From assembly GCA_000934665.2 (NCBI GenBank), contig JYFJ02003684.1:1-38990 (forward strand): a stretch of DNA of 38,990 bases. The letters run 5' to 3'. The stretch comes from Catajapyx aquilonaris (taxonomy: Eukaryota). Within the stretch, counting starts at the first letter, position 1; each line of letters opens with the position of its first letter. Positions 24,160 through 36,640 of this stretch are shown here, piece by piece. The translations under genes were made by a program, and so were the position numbers. Under the pieces are notes generated by a model. The model worked only from the letters and a program-made list of their open reading frames with translations, was not told the origin of the DNA and did no database searches.

Positions 24160-25005
24160 ATTGAATAGGACAATTACGACTTCAAGTGCGAAAGTAATCT
24201 TGACCTAAATGGCCAGTGTGCTTATGTACATCACCTTTGTTCCAGTACCTTCCATAGCTTATAACTGATTTTGGATATAAGTACCGGATTCAATAATATT
24301 TATTAACCTCACATTAATGCAAGTAAATTTTCTCAATGGACCCAAAGTATGTTCCTGCATGGAGAGGAATTAAACGAGATTGCGACATTGCATGCATACA
24401 AATCTGGTACCGGTAGTGGATGACTTTTGATGTATGCCTTTTCTTAACGTGGCATGCTCTTTCATTACCGTACACGTTTTCTGTATTCTTTGCCGGATTT
24501 TAAAAGTGTCCTGATATTGTTCACGTGCAGGATTATTGCAGCCATGCACTTTTAGCTGGGACACACAACATGATGTCGTATAAGGGCCGTTTTCTCGAAC
24601 AGTGGTTCAAATGTAAACCGGGTTCAAAGCCAGTTTAATCCCTGATTTGATTGTTGTTAGGCTGTTGTCAAGGGTTTAAACCGGCGTTGAACCGGGTTTA
24701 CATTTGAACCACTGTTCGAGAAAACGGCCCTAAGTAAAATTTTCTCACACTTGAACTATTTTCGAGGCAAGTTGAGTCCACGTGTCCCGTACTATACTGT
24801 GTACATAACTGGTGGAAAAGCAATAAGGTGGAAGGCTCTCTCCCGAGTTCATCATGGCCAGTGGGGAGGAGGAGGCCTTAAGAACAAGTAAATAAGCATG
24901 TCCTTCGAACTACGTTAATTAGGGAATTCTCCAAGTTACAATAAGTTTTTAAAACACTAATATGAATGGTTGCATCCGTAAACCGCTTCCCGCCCTGGTG
25001 TGCTG
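24160..25005 (-). pseudogene. Fragment of unidentified repeated coding family (copy B), with a MITE inserted
   Basis: 24160-24510 aligns with 5200-5500; 24745-25005 aligns with 11790-12021 plus 12465-12495. Confidence 0.75.
24584..24730. mobile_element. PIF/Harbinger (Tourist-like) MITE, 147 bp
   Basis: 36-bp perfect TIR GGGCCGTTTTCTCGAACAGTGGTTCAAATGTAAACC, extending to ~60 bp with few mismatches. TAA TSD at 24581-24583 and 24731-24733. Confidence 0.92.
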
Positions 25006-25329
25006 TGGGATACTTACGTTGTCACATGTAATTTAAAAGGGAAGAACGTGTGATTTGAATGAATGTAATTTATTTTCCAATCATCGTTGTCGCATATCAT
25101 AAAGGACACACATAATAGGAAAGAATTAGGTTTATTGACCTCACCTTCACAGGCTAGGTACAAAACCCAGGAGAAACCGGAGCATTTATTCCTCGGACCA
25201 GATGGAAACATTGAGCATGACGTCACAATTCCAGTTGGCCGCCACCCGCGAATAGGGATTGGGTATGGTTCTGGGCGGCAAGGCGCTCGCTGGGCGAGGG
25301 GCTGAAAAGTTGGAAAAACCCACCTAATC

Positions 25330-25560
25330 CCGGTAGTCTCTTCTTGGTTCCCGTTTAACAACTTTCAAAGTACAGGTATCTCTCCCACACGTACGTACAA
25401 TTTGGTCCAGGTGTGTTTTTTTTTGCTTGTCTGTCTCCTCCTTCTACCAAGGGTATTGGCACCGATTATAGCACTGCAAAAATTGTTGACGTCAGCTATA
25501 ATTTCGTACAACATATTGGTTGTGAACACGTACGTCCGTTGACTTGAAAATGAATCCAAG
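25330..25560 (-). mobile_element. Possible piggyBac transposase N-terminal fragment
   Basis: VFTTNMLYEIIADVNNFCSAII...WTKLYVRVGEI resembles FTxxMLxxIVxxTNxYA...WxxVTxxE. Confidence 0.35.
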
Positions 25561-26249
25561 TGTTTTCGCCATCTCGGCCGCCAGAGCGTTAGAGTTGTGT
25601 GTATGTAATATTATAGCCATGATATTGCCTCGAAATTTTTCTCTTCAATTGATATGATTTCATTGATGAAATTAGGCACGAGAAAGTGTGATATTTTACA
25701 AGTCATGCTTGTTGTACATTGCAGTGAAATTGCGAACTGCGGCCAACTGATGATAATTGTCGTGCCTTTGTGACCGTCACACCTTCATTTGCAATTAACT
25801 CGCAATGACCTGTGCAAGTGTTCCCGTATATGTAGTGTTTCTTCATCTCCTGGCAATGTTGCAAAGGTCATCTTGTGTCGCACTATAAGTTCCTGGATGC
25901 TGTTCTGGCTGTTGTAAGCTCTCCGACCATGGGGTAAAATTTTCCTCTCCTTTCTATAGATTAGCTGTCAACTATGTAAACGTCTTTCCTGCATGTCAGT
26001 GTTCTCATTATTTATTAGGATGACGATCTGGTCTTGTAACGAAATGAGCTAGTGCTGCCTCAGTCATTTTGGATCGTCAATGTCATTGTCTGAGGCGTCG
26101 TCAACAGGCAAATTTATAACTGCTGTGTCTCGCTCAGATTGCAATGATGGAAGTAGGGATTGGTGTAATGGTTACAGACATCAAGCGACTGACATTTTAA
26201 TTCCACACAATGAAGCAAGGTACTGTTTAGACACAAACTAAAATATTGA

Positions 26250-27280
26250 CTTGGACATTTGGAACGAAATCTTGGCCTGCTGCGGCCAGATGCAGAGTGC
26301 CTGGCGATGTGAGTAATCTGCAGGGGTCACACAACTTGTACCCTGCTGGTGCTATGATATCGGTGCAAACCCTAATTGCAATTTGAGGCCTTTATGTAGT
26401 ATTTATGATAGAGAACAAAGAGACTTTAATGTTTTTGCACTCTTCAATACCTTTGGGTAAATGGCAAGGGAGGAAGATTAAGTGTTCCTTGCCTGTATCT
26501 CTTGCTGGGCTTGGTGTGCGTTAGATAGCATTTTTTCCATGGTGACCATAGTAAGGATTGAACGGCCTAGAGTCTGTTACTCTGATGTGGACGTATGTTC
26601 TCTTATTATTTCAGGTAGTTTCCAACTGATGAGCCTATGCTACCTTTTCAAGTGGATTAACACACCGTTGCATTTGCATTTGCCAAAAGTACGTATATTG
26701 CTAGAGAGAAGTTACAAAATATTTCGGCATGGCTTGTATTCATAGCCAGGTAGTGTATGCCTGTTGCTTTATGCATTGTCCAAGCAGAACAGGAGCAAGG
26801 CTGTGCTTCCATAACTTTCCTATACACTTTGTCACATTTGTTGCTGTAGATTTAAAAGCATCCTAATATTGATCGTCACAGATCAAGTCATTGTTCATAT
26901 GCTGGATGCCAATCATACGTTCTCAGCAGATGCACCTGAACCTGGCAGATACACCTGGACTATTTTCGAGGCCAGTTGACATGTCCCGTAGTATAGGGAA
27001 TATAACTTGTGGAAAAGCCGTATTCCTGGCCAGTGCAGTGGGGAGAAGGAGACTGTAAAACCAGTGAACACTGTAGTTGGTGTCGTAACATTTCGAGCAT
27101 GTCCTTCGAACTACGTTTTGGAATTTCGGGATTCTCCTTTACAATCAGTTTTTAAAACAGTAATATGAATGGTTGAAACCGCTTCCCGCCGCGCCGTGGT
27201 CTGCTGTTGATTATCCTGAATCGCAAAGCCACTGCTTCATATTCTTTAAAAATGAGTCGCTTTCCAATCATCTTCCATCA
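26250..27280 (-). pseudogene. Fragment of unidentified repeated coding family (copy C, mosaic)
   Basis: 26250-26735 aligns with 5525-6030; 26745-27280 aligns with 11560-12021 plus 12465-12600. Confidence 0.8.
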
Positions 27281-28329
27281 ACTTAACGCTTCCTTCTTCC
27301 GTTGGGAGTATTGCACCATACGCTTTAGCTCATCAGCGTCTTCTTCTTCTGTATCTTGCTATAACATAATTATGTCAAAGACAGAGTAGACTGGATAACA
27401 ATATTGTGTGGGTGTGCAATCTCTTCTGATTAGGACATGTCAAGGACACATTTCTTTGTATATAACTTATTGCCCATTACAATTGCCAACTTATTGTTGT
27501 CTTGCCTTCATTTGCGATCACGATTCTTGTTGGATCTTTTCACACCTTTGAATAGGTCAGCTTGTGTCGCACTATTTTCACTTTGTAGGCTATATACACT
27601 ATTTTGCACTATAGTGTTTTGCAACGTACTAAACCCTCTTCCCACCTTTATCATCGTTAGTTTACTACTGACACTGAGATGTCATTAATTCCACCTAATG
27701 AAGTGATCCTGCATTATTTTACACAAATTGGAGGTGGTCTGGTGCCGTACTTGCTTTTTTATTGACTGCGATCATGTGCGGTGTACTCGGTTTGATATTT
27801 TGGTTCTCATATGACCCCTGAATTGAAAGCTGAATCTTCTCAACACACCATCCAAGAAAATGGAAAAATTTGGTCACCCAGGACTAAGCCTCCACCGGCG
27901 ACCTGAGGGGGGGATTTAAAGAAGTCCACCTATATGACCGACGAGAAGGAGCAGGACTCGGACCTATTACGTCCGACGACCACAACTTGGACAACGCCAT
28001 CTGTTGACAATTGATTGATGTAAAGATATAGTTCTGCAGCGATTTCCATATTATGTGAACTTACCCGGCGAGCCAGGGTTTGATGTCATATTTCTTCTCT
28101 TTTTCGGAGCGACCTGCTCACCTGAAAGTAATGGCTGATCCTCAATACCTGGAACATGTATGGATACTGAGAAAAGAATACGAACTTTATCACTTGTACT
28201 GCAATTATATTTTATTAATATCAGCTGTGTGCATTTATGTTAGCAATAAGTAGCAGGGGCGAACTGGCCATGGTGGAGTTGTGGAGTTTTCCACAGGGAC
28301 CGGTCAGTTAGGGTCTGTAGGGGGGTAAG

Positions 28330-28456
28330 CGAGATACCAGTCTTTCCTCTCTTCTTTTTCCTCTTCGTTTCTCTCTCCATCTGTCCCACCTTTGCTGCTT
28401 CTTACAGTCAGATAGCCATAGTTGCTCTGGCTTCTTCTCAATAAACCAAACCAAAC
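28330..28456 (+). mobile_element. 5'-truncated copy of the 13887-14151 retroelement (3' tail with (CCAAA)n end)
   Basis: Near-identical inverted match to ~13893-14005; ends CTTCTCAATAAACCAAACCAAAC. Confidence 0.85.
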
Positions 28457-29659
28457 ACTTTCTACCTGCTGCGTCCCTTAACAACAATGGTTCCGAGGAC
28501 ACTTCCTTCAGGATCAAGTTCTGATCCTCGCTGGCGAGAGCTCCTTCCACTGGGCAGGAAAGGAGAGGGAGAGCATTACGTCATGATCGGTCGGGCGGAA
28601 TGTCAAGCCGCCTGCATCCCAATGTGACAGGAAACTGACAGAATTCTGGAAGATATTCTGCTTGTACGTATTTGAGAGGTCATGGAATGCAACAATTTTC
28701 TTCAAGTCATACATCGTGAAAATGGGACTGCCAAGGGCAGCTCGTTGTAATACTTATACTATCCTGTTTCTCACATTTTTGGTCCACCTTATGGCGACAA
28801 CATCAAGTATTACGGATTTTGGATTGCTCTCTGCAACAGTGGTGGCATTCCTGGCAGAGAAGCAGCCATACATTTCCTTCCAATTCTGACCCGCTGAAAA
28901 CAAGTGCAATGGTGTCGGAATGCACTGCATATACGCTTGTCCTTAAGTTTATGCTGTAATTCCTGTCAGTAATTAGCCTGTTATTTCGTTAGTAGTACTG
29001 TGCCTTTCGCTGTACTGCACGTGTCGTTGACAGACGTGAAAATTTTATGAATATTTGTTGCGGTGTATAAACTATGGTCTATGACAAACTGTAAAACCGA
29101 GTTTGAAAATATGAAGCAAGATGCTCAGTCATAACCATGCGTTTTTTTCCGTTGTGAATTTTTTGACATGGTATGTCTCTGCACTCCTTTCTGTTTGGCA
29201 TTTGCATCTGATGCTCACTTGTGGTATTTTTCATCACAAGCAAGCTTGATCTAATGGAGAGTCGTGGGATTGCGTCTTTCGGTACTTATCGCAGTTTTGC
29301 CTCCAAATGTAAAATGACTGCATTCGTAGCTAGATGTTTTCCTTTTGGACTACATGATGTGGATTGCTTTTGTTCAGGCTTCATTTTCTTCCTTCTGACG
29401 CATAAGGCATAACTGATGTTGAGAAGATGCAATATTACATTGTCAATAGTCGTGATTAAAGCAAAAATGTGAGATAGCTGGCCAGGAAATATTTTATTCC
29501 TCTATGACTATGTAAACTAGTCCGTCCAGGTATTGACGCCGCAAGGCGCGTTACCACTTTCATTTCAGTACCGACCCATAATACGGTCATCTTTCTCTGT
29601 TGCTCTCATTTCTTGATTCTGCTCAGGAAAAGAGCCTCGTTAATGCGAGAAATGGCCAT

Positions 29660-30095
29660 CAAACATGACATGTGACTTCATATATTAATTGGTCACTCTC
29701 ATAAGAAGGTCATGAAAGTATTGATGGAAGTGACCTTTTGTACCCCATGCGAGGGATGTAACAGAAAATGGGGTGTGTCGATTTATGATTCTAATTTTAT
29801 TTACACCTTCGATCTTCGACAAGGTGACAAGTGCTGTGACACGCATACTCACATGATTAACTCTTCGTGCAGTGTAAAAGAAAAGATGACATTCTGCAAG
29901 TACGATCATAGTTGGTCAAAGGTGATAAAGAGGTTGCTTTATCAGGTGGCACGCGTGCAAGTGTAGATCCATCGACATGAAATGAAGGCATGTCTACCGT
30001 CGATAAATTACATTATTCTCTGCCTGGTTTGTAATTTGTTGGTTGCATTCCGTCTGCAGAGAGACTGTTTTAATGCACGTTATGACAGGCACTAG
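29660..30095 (+). mobile_element. Possible piggyBac transposase C-terminal remnant
   Basis: RRS*KY*WK-like segment and a terminal cysteine-rich CLVCNLLVAFRLQRDCFNARY similar to CxxCxVxLC...CFxxYH. Confidence 0.3.
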
Positions 30096-30689
30096 GAATG
30101 ATTAACATCTGTTAGTATTCCTCGTGTGTTTGTTGGTATTATCTCCACAAGTTTAGTTAGTAAAATGGTTGTGTCGGTATGCAGTAAATTAATATAGCAC
30201 TGGGTATCATTTATTTATTTTTTACCGATTCGCACTGTAATACATGTTTGTTACCTTATGCTCGCTCGCTCGACCCTAACAGTTCGCAGGGCATAAGAAC
30301 ATTTTCATTCTTAACGCTTCCTTATTTATAAAATGACTGGCGTCTAAAATAAATCTCGCCATCCCTGATAGAAAAAGTGTCGATAAGTATTTGTGGATCG
30401 TAATATTGATGTGTAGGACTGAGTATGTAATGGGCACACTTTATGCCATTTTATGCTCATTTGCGGACAATACTGTGTGGCAATCCAGTATTATAATAGT
30501 ATGTATTTGGCCTCAATTCGTTACATGGTCCGGAGCAGTCTTCCTACGCGTTTTTCCTGTTCAGTTCGGCGAGTGGCCTGGTCTATTTTCTCGACGTCCG
30601 CTTCCGAAGGCAGGGCGCCCTTCCTTGGAGTATACGTCATTCATAGACATATGATATTGGGATGATATAGTATATCTTCCATGAGAATT

Positions 30690-31400
30690 TACGAAAAGGG
30701 AAGTGCGTTAGCATGTTATGAATAAAGACTGACCTTTTCCCTGATGCCCTCTTTATGAAATTCATGTCATCAATTGGAGCGCATTCAGAGTCTGGACCAC
30801 CCTTTTTACATTCTCTGGTATTGCTCTTCCTAGAAAACCATGCCTACTTAGAGCCACTCTCTTATGGTGGGACACAACTCTCTGTCAGTGCACCACACAC
30901 GTTTTTGGTAGGATGCTTGAAGCTGATTCTGTTGACATTACCAAAGGCTGTGTTTATGGTCACCTGTCCTCTTTGGGGAACGCTTCCTCCGTAAATGTTG
31001 GCGTACAATTAGCTATTGGTACAATGTAATCGAAAAAAAAAATCTTCTGCGAATAACATCATTGGTGGTGGAAGATGTTGCAAAAGTAATCTTGTCATCT
31101 GGAAGTGCAGCAAGGTCACACAGGTTGGTTCCTCTACTAGTTGTTATAGAAAAATAGGACACTCTTAGAGATTAATTTGGTCCATCGAGTTGAGTGTGCC
31201 CCATTTGCACCAACAACACTTTTTGTATGGGTTCAAGTTCAATAATTCCCTTTAACCGTTGTCGATACATTGACTGATTTTTCAAGTATACCTGTACACA
31301 GTCGTTCTGAGGAACTCAAAAGGATGAGGTACTATTGCTCTAAATGTTCCGCTCCCAACAATTTGCGCCAATTTCAATAGCTGTTCGATGAAGTAGAATT
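30690..31400 (-). pseudogene. Fragment of unidentified repeated coding family (copy D)
   Basis: Aligns with 10270-10990. Peptides HPFEFLRTT/YLKNQSMY and TSRGTNLCDLAALPDDKITF...TTNDVIRRRFFFRLH, with many synonymous differences from copy A. Confidence 0.8.
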
Positions 31401-31652
31401 GGTAAACCTGAAAAACAAAACAAAAATGTCGTCATTAATGTGAAGACACTCGCGGCACCTGCACATGCTCATCCTTTCCTTCTTCACCGTACCGGGTTCA
31501 GTCTCTGCTGTATAAGTACACAGAAGGTACTTAAATTAAATTAGTATGCATTGCGGGCACAGGTCCGAATGATGAGAAACCATTGTTCTCAACAATGGTT
31601 TCTACGGCCATTTCTTGTTAGCGGTAGCTAATATAGACGAAAATTCGACCTA

Positions 31653-31820
31653 CCCACGCAACACAAATGTCCCCGGGACCGCCCACGTCCCTTAAATCCC
31701 ACAATGATCCCGGATCATCGGGACGTCCACAGGACGTCCCATGGATGAAAGAGTATGACGTCCTGGGGACGTCCCCCACACGCCGTAACTATGGGAACCA
31801 CAGGTAGGGACATTTCCTAG
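31653..31820. mobile_element. End of a CMC/EnSpm-like non-autonomous element with GGACGTCC subterminal repeats
   Basis: TA|CCCACGCAACACAAATGTCCCC start and several palindromic (G)GACGTCC motifs at ~31720-31775. Confidence 0.45.
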
Positions 31821-33412
31821 AGAATGTGAGATTTTAAAGTGTATTAATTAGTTCCAGTCTCCAACCACACCTTCGTCATACTGACTGCCAAGGGTGAAAT
31901 ATCCTGGGGAACCTGCAGGGTTAATAACCGTTCAAAATATGAGGTGGATTATTATTGCTGCAAATGAACGGTAAATAATGTCAACAACCAAACCTGCTGT
32001 ACAGCCAGCATGAAAATGCTGGGTAAGTTCATCTTCTGTCACCAGACATTTTTCCATTTTCCTTCTTCTTTAATAGGATGATGATAATCCCGAAGTGAGT
32101 CGTAATAACTTGGAATTTCATACTTGTAGTTTTTCAGTTCGGAGCTATGGCATCTTAAAAATTGGTTATGTTGCTCGAGTAGCATTCTCCTACACATGCA
32201 TTCACGTCTCTCGCTACAATGCATAAGGTGTAATATTGATAATCTTCGCAGTTACGTAGACATATGGCAATTCTTTTGGGCTTTCATTCTCTTGGCTGAA
32301 CACCGAAGCTGAGCACTTCAGGTGTTTTCGTATCTTCCGTGTTGACCTGCCTTATGCAAGATTATCCTGATGCAGTATTGATATAGTATATTCTACATCT
32401 GTATATGACTAATTGACAATACGTAGCTTACGTCAGCAAACTGCTGCATGACGGATGGTAGTTCATTGTCATTTTGAGTAGTGCTGGGAAAGTCACTGTG
32501 AACGTGAAGGTGTTGTAATACCATGTGTAATCTAAATAACAACACCCGTTATTTATAACATTATAATAATAATTGTTCTAAGCACATTCTGCCATGGCAG
32601 GTGAAAGCAGGCATAACAGAAGGCACAAGTTTTGCCACACAGAGAAACTCCCCCTCAGGCTCAAGAAGAGGATCAGTGTACTCGCTGAGACTGTGAAGGA
32701 GATGAGTTGATTCAGTCCAGCGGGGTCATCAGTGAGGTTGGATAATGAAAATGATGAATGCATGGTTGCAGCCTAGATAATTGATTCGTAAGTTTCTCCC
32801 CTCAATAATCGCATTACTTTTGTTAATAAATTATTTGTGATTATATTTTGGCCACATGGGCAAAGCAATACAATCACAGGTAGAAGATTCCTGTAACAAG
32901 CAAAACTGGAAATGGCAAGTTTTGTTTGAAATCAAAGTGTAGGGTTTCGGTTGATTTGATTAGTGTACTTTTAATGGCGCAAAAGCAACAGTGGCTATAC
33001 TTCGCCAATCATGGTGCGTTGTAGGGCAGGGTGGGCGATGCCACCCTAACCCCAACGTAAGTATACAAACTTGTTTTAAAAAGATAATGAATAATAAATA
33101 TGCCCCTCCGAAGAACAAACCCACCAAAACAGAACTCACAACCACAAAAAAGGAACAAAGAAAAGCAAAGGGTGGCAGTCCAACCCAAAACTGAAGCTCA
33201 TAATACGAGATTACCTTATGTCAGCATCTGTATATCATACAGATGCCGACATAAGGTAATCTCTTGTCAGCCTTGTTGTACTCCGGCCTGTTTGGTGGCG
33301 CTAGTCTTCTCCTGCTATTAGCTAGCCATCTCGTCAAATGAATTGCGACGACTGATAGGCCGTACATGGGTCCACCACGTCTTGGGCTGTATTATTATTC
33401 TTGGAGGATGGG

Positions 33413-33470
33413 AGTCGGTAGAGCATGGGGCTCTTAATCTCGGGGTCGTGTGGGTTCGGGCCCCACGTTG
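33413..33470 (+). pseudogene. tRNA-Lys(CTT) pseudogene or tRNA-derived fragment, acceptor stem missing
   Basis: AGTCGGTAGAGCATGGGGCTCTTAATCTCGGGGTCGTGTGGGTTCGGGCCCCACGTTG follows the eukaryotic tRNA-Lys(CTT) sequence; anticodon CTT at 33433-33435; both ends truncated and a 2-nt insertion present. Confidence 0.85.
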
Positions 33471-33497
33471 ATTAATTAGAAATAATCTGATCTGGAC

Positions 33498-33750
33498 TGT
33501 ATTCCCTGTTACTAACTGGACTTACGGTGTGGCTCATTGACCACGCGCCGGGCCGCCAAAGACGTCCCCAGTCGGCCTTGTATATATGCCCGGCGCATTG
33601 ATAAGGAGAGACGAGCAGAGCATCTAGCTGTAGGGAGGTCTTTCCTCACTGACATCCACCTCAATTTACGTTTTGGGAGCTCTCCCCCTCCTTTATTCTT
33701 GTGTTGTACTTTACCCACTTTGTATTTACGTTGCCAAGAACGTTAATACA
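33498..33750 (+). mobile_element. Probable solo LTR (253 bp)
   Basis: Inverted termini TGTATT...AATACA and TATATAT at ~33581; flanks TGGAC/TGGTA only partly duplicated. Confidence 0.45.
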
Positions 33751-34302
33751 TGGTATATGTGAAATCAACATTTATTTTGCAACCTGAACTGTTACGTGAC
33801 ATGTTTGTTACAGAAAGTACTTTGGCACGGGCTCAATAAAGACTGAGGAAGATGTAATGGTGTCTTCCTCCGCTCGACATGGTCGCTGTTGGTGGTCTAC
33901 GAATTTTTTATCTGATTAGCACTATAATGCATAATTATTCAGTATCCTAAGTGTTGAGTAACACATCATTATTTTATACGTACAGTGTTTACTTATTTAT
34001 AAAAATAACTGAAGGCTCAAATAAGTTTCGCCAAATCCACCCTAGGAAAATATCTTGAAAAAAATGTGGATCCTACCATTTGGGATTGAGTAGGGTCATA
34101 GAAGCACTTTTGGACTACGATGGCCAATTACTAGTGTCAAAGGCGATTTCCTGCTCATTGGGCCAACTAAATATACCCGGTCATCTGAAGGGACGGTAAA
34201 GTATTTCTGAGAATTGACCTGTCGATGCTCTTCGGTTTTAGTAATTCCTCTTTCGGCGCTGCCAGCTGGCCGCGCCGCCACGTGTTTGGATTTAATCATA
34301 GG

Positions 34303-34402
34303 AAGCCTTTCACACGAGACGCGACTTTTCTTGCGGCCAGCAGTGCCGCCTAATTTACGCGGCAGCGCTGCCTTGGTGGCCCCGTTACGTGTGAAAATAG
34401 CC
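34303..34402. mobile_element. Small degenerate Harbinger-type MITE
   Basis: Inverted ends ...TTTCACACG and CGTGTGAAAATAGCC followed by TTA. Confidence 0.45.
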
Positions 34403-35871
34403 TTAGTCCTGTTTCATTTGGTTACCATCTTTATCTGCTTTGCCGTTATCTTTACCTGGGTCATCTCCGTACTGTCCTTTATCTGTCTGGTAGGCCCAGT
34501 TGCCATAGGGGACGATCTCTCTAAAACAGTTGGCTTCATGCGGCTGGTGAGGGCGATCTGTACTGTCGGGCTGGGTTGAATTTCATCAGGTTTCATGGTG
34601 CATATTGCAATATGGTAAGTTGGACAAGTTCATCATGGCAATATTGGAATTCGCTCCTCGTCTTTGGTTTGATGTCATCTCCTTTCCAAATGTCGCACCA
34701 GACACCGCAGGACCGCCTGCCAGGTGCCGCAGCGATAGGCGTTCTCGCAACCCGTTCAGTGCATTTGATGACCGGGGGTAGTGGGAATTAGCCAGTAAGT
34801 GTGTCGCCTACCAGTTTGGGTTCCTAGAGCACCTTCTTGTGGGTGGTTTTGGCAGACAGCCCCTTTGGTGATGGGGGCCGGCAGAGCGCATGGGTTAAAA
34901 TGCCTATAGAAGTTGTCTGCGGATTACAAGGCTGCATATCACATTTCAATTCAATGTGAAAAGAGAGACTGAGTCCCAACTGCTCTTTACATCCATGACA
35001 ACTTTTTCCATGCCTATTCAAGAAATTTTACAGTAATTTCTATACAAGTCTCCTAAGCTTCAGCATAAGCTTTATGTCGATTAGTGTGCTACATATTGCT
35101 ACCACTGCCCAAGAAAATAAAGTGCAGTTCAAGCCAAGGCGACCCACAGATGGAGTGATTGATGGGGTACCTCGGGTATAACACACCCTCGGTGGGAAAA
35201 TATAGTTTTCTAGGTACAAAATTTGCACGAAGGAGACGGCAGAAGAAGATTTAGGATATTTTGGTCCCACATCATATTCGGGTGAGCTAATATGACCTTT
35301 TTGACACATTTCATTAATCGGTGTGTAGTCTAGTTGGACATGTTATTCCACTCCTTGCTGCACCTCTTGGCCAACTCAGGCTCCTGAAATGTACAAAAGG
35401 AATAATAATCATTGTCGCGGCTCATCCTGGCGTACGTGCAACCAGTTGCACAGGTGTGTACGTCCGTGCTTATCTGCTGTTTTTTTCTTCCCTCCTCCCT
35501 TATCTACCCCACTTGCGGGCCACCTTATCTGTCTTTGGAACCTATATCAAAAGTGCAAGGCAATGTGTGTCCAGAAATTAAAGTATGATGCAGAAAAATG
35601 GTATTTATTTTGCTGCTACTGGTAGATAACTATACTGATTTATTCCGATCACATGCCCGTGTTAAGTTCAGAGCAGATAAGTATGTGCCTGTGGATCAGA
35701 GCAAACTGACTGTCAGTATTCATAAACATCTAAAGCGAAGAAAATTATATTATTTTAAAGCCAATCATATTCAGGGTGTTCCAAATGTGCAGGATGCCTT
35801 ATAATAGGGAATGTCACTGGAAACTATTCTTTGTAGCTTGCGCCCTGATCCAGACGGGTTTAAGCGGAATT

Positions 35872-35898
35872 TAATAATAATTATTATTATTAATAATA

Positions 35899-35931
<33 letters not shown>

Positions 35932-35957
35932 CATAATAATCATAATAATAATAATAA
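35872..35957. repeat. (AAT)n microsatellite
   Basis: Directly visible AAT/ATT run. Confidence 0.95.
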
Positions 35958-36372
35958 ACGAAAGTGGAAATTCAAAGCCACACATATTTACATTTGTCAA
36001 ATATGCATACGGCAGGGGCCGAAATATTCGAATGCAAATTAGTTGCTGCAATTTGCACTCCAGAATATTGTTTTCTGCACTCCAATTTTCGCATTGCAGT
36101 TGGTTCTTCTTTTTAACACTGACTAAACTCAGTAGTTAAAAATGAAGGACTCCGAGTAAGTCATTAGAGCTCCAGATAAAAGTCTGGACAAAAAAAATAC
36201 AATATTCGACACCTGAAATGATACTGAACCATGTGGCATAAACTAAATAACAAGTCAATGCAGAGTTATGGCCAACACAAAATAACAGCTGTTTCAGTTC
36301 AGATGAAACTACACAGACTACTCTTGTAAGATAAGTCAATACATGTTTGGATTGAAATCATAATCAATCGCA

Positions 36373-36575
36373 TCAGCAAAATATAAAACTTCAGTGACCA
36401 GTGTGACTTTCTGATGCCACAAGGAATTAACACAAATCAACTTAATATGCAATTACAATCATTATTGCCTCAGCAAAAAAATAAAACTTACAGTAAATGA
36501 CCAGTGGGACTTTCTGATGCCACAAGGAATTACCACAAATCAGCAACTTACAAGGCAATAACAAAAAAATGAAAC
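36373..36575. repeat. Two imperfect tandem copies of a ~96-bp unit
   Basis: TGACCAGTG.GACTTTCTGATGCCACAAGGAATTA.CACAAATCA at ~36395 and ~36498. Confidence 0.85.
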
Positions 36576-36640
36576 TTAATAGCTAGTGTGGCCTCCGCCT
36601 TGCTCGATCACTTCAGCTAGTCTCTTGGGCATGCTGGAGG

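Noticed and set aside
27900..28205. Polypurine tract followed by a possible 3' LTR
   Set aside because: No TG start, no TSD and no adjacent pol sequence.
9068..33060. Inverted 45-bp pair as termini of one 24-kb composite transposon
   Set aside because: The pair is diverged, no TSD is seen, and the apparent terminus motifs face inward rather than bounding the interval; independent MITE remnants are more likely.
36373..36575. Repeat-spacer-like pattern (CRISPR)
   Set aside because: Only two long imperfect units in eukaryotic DNA with no cas genes; a simple tandem duplication.
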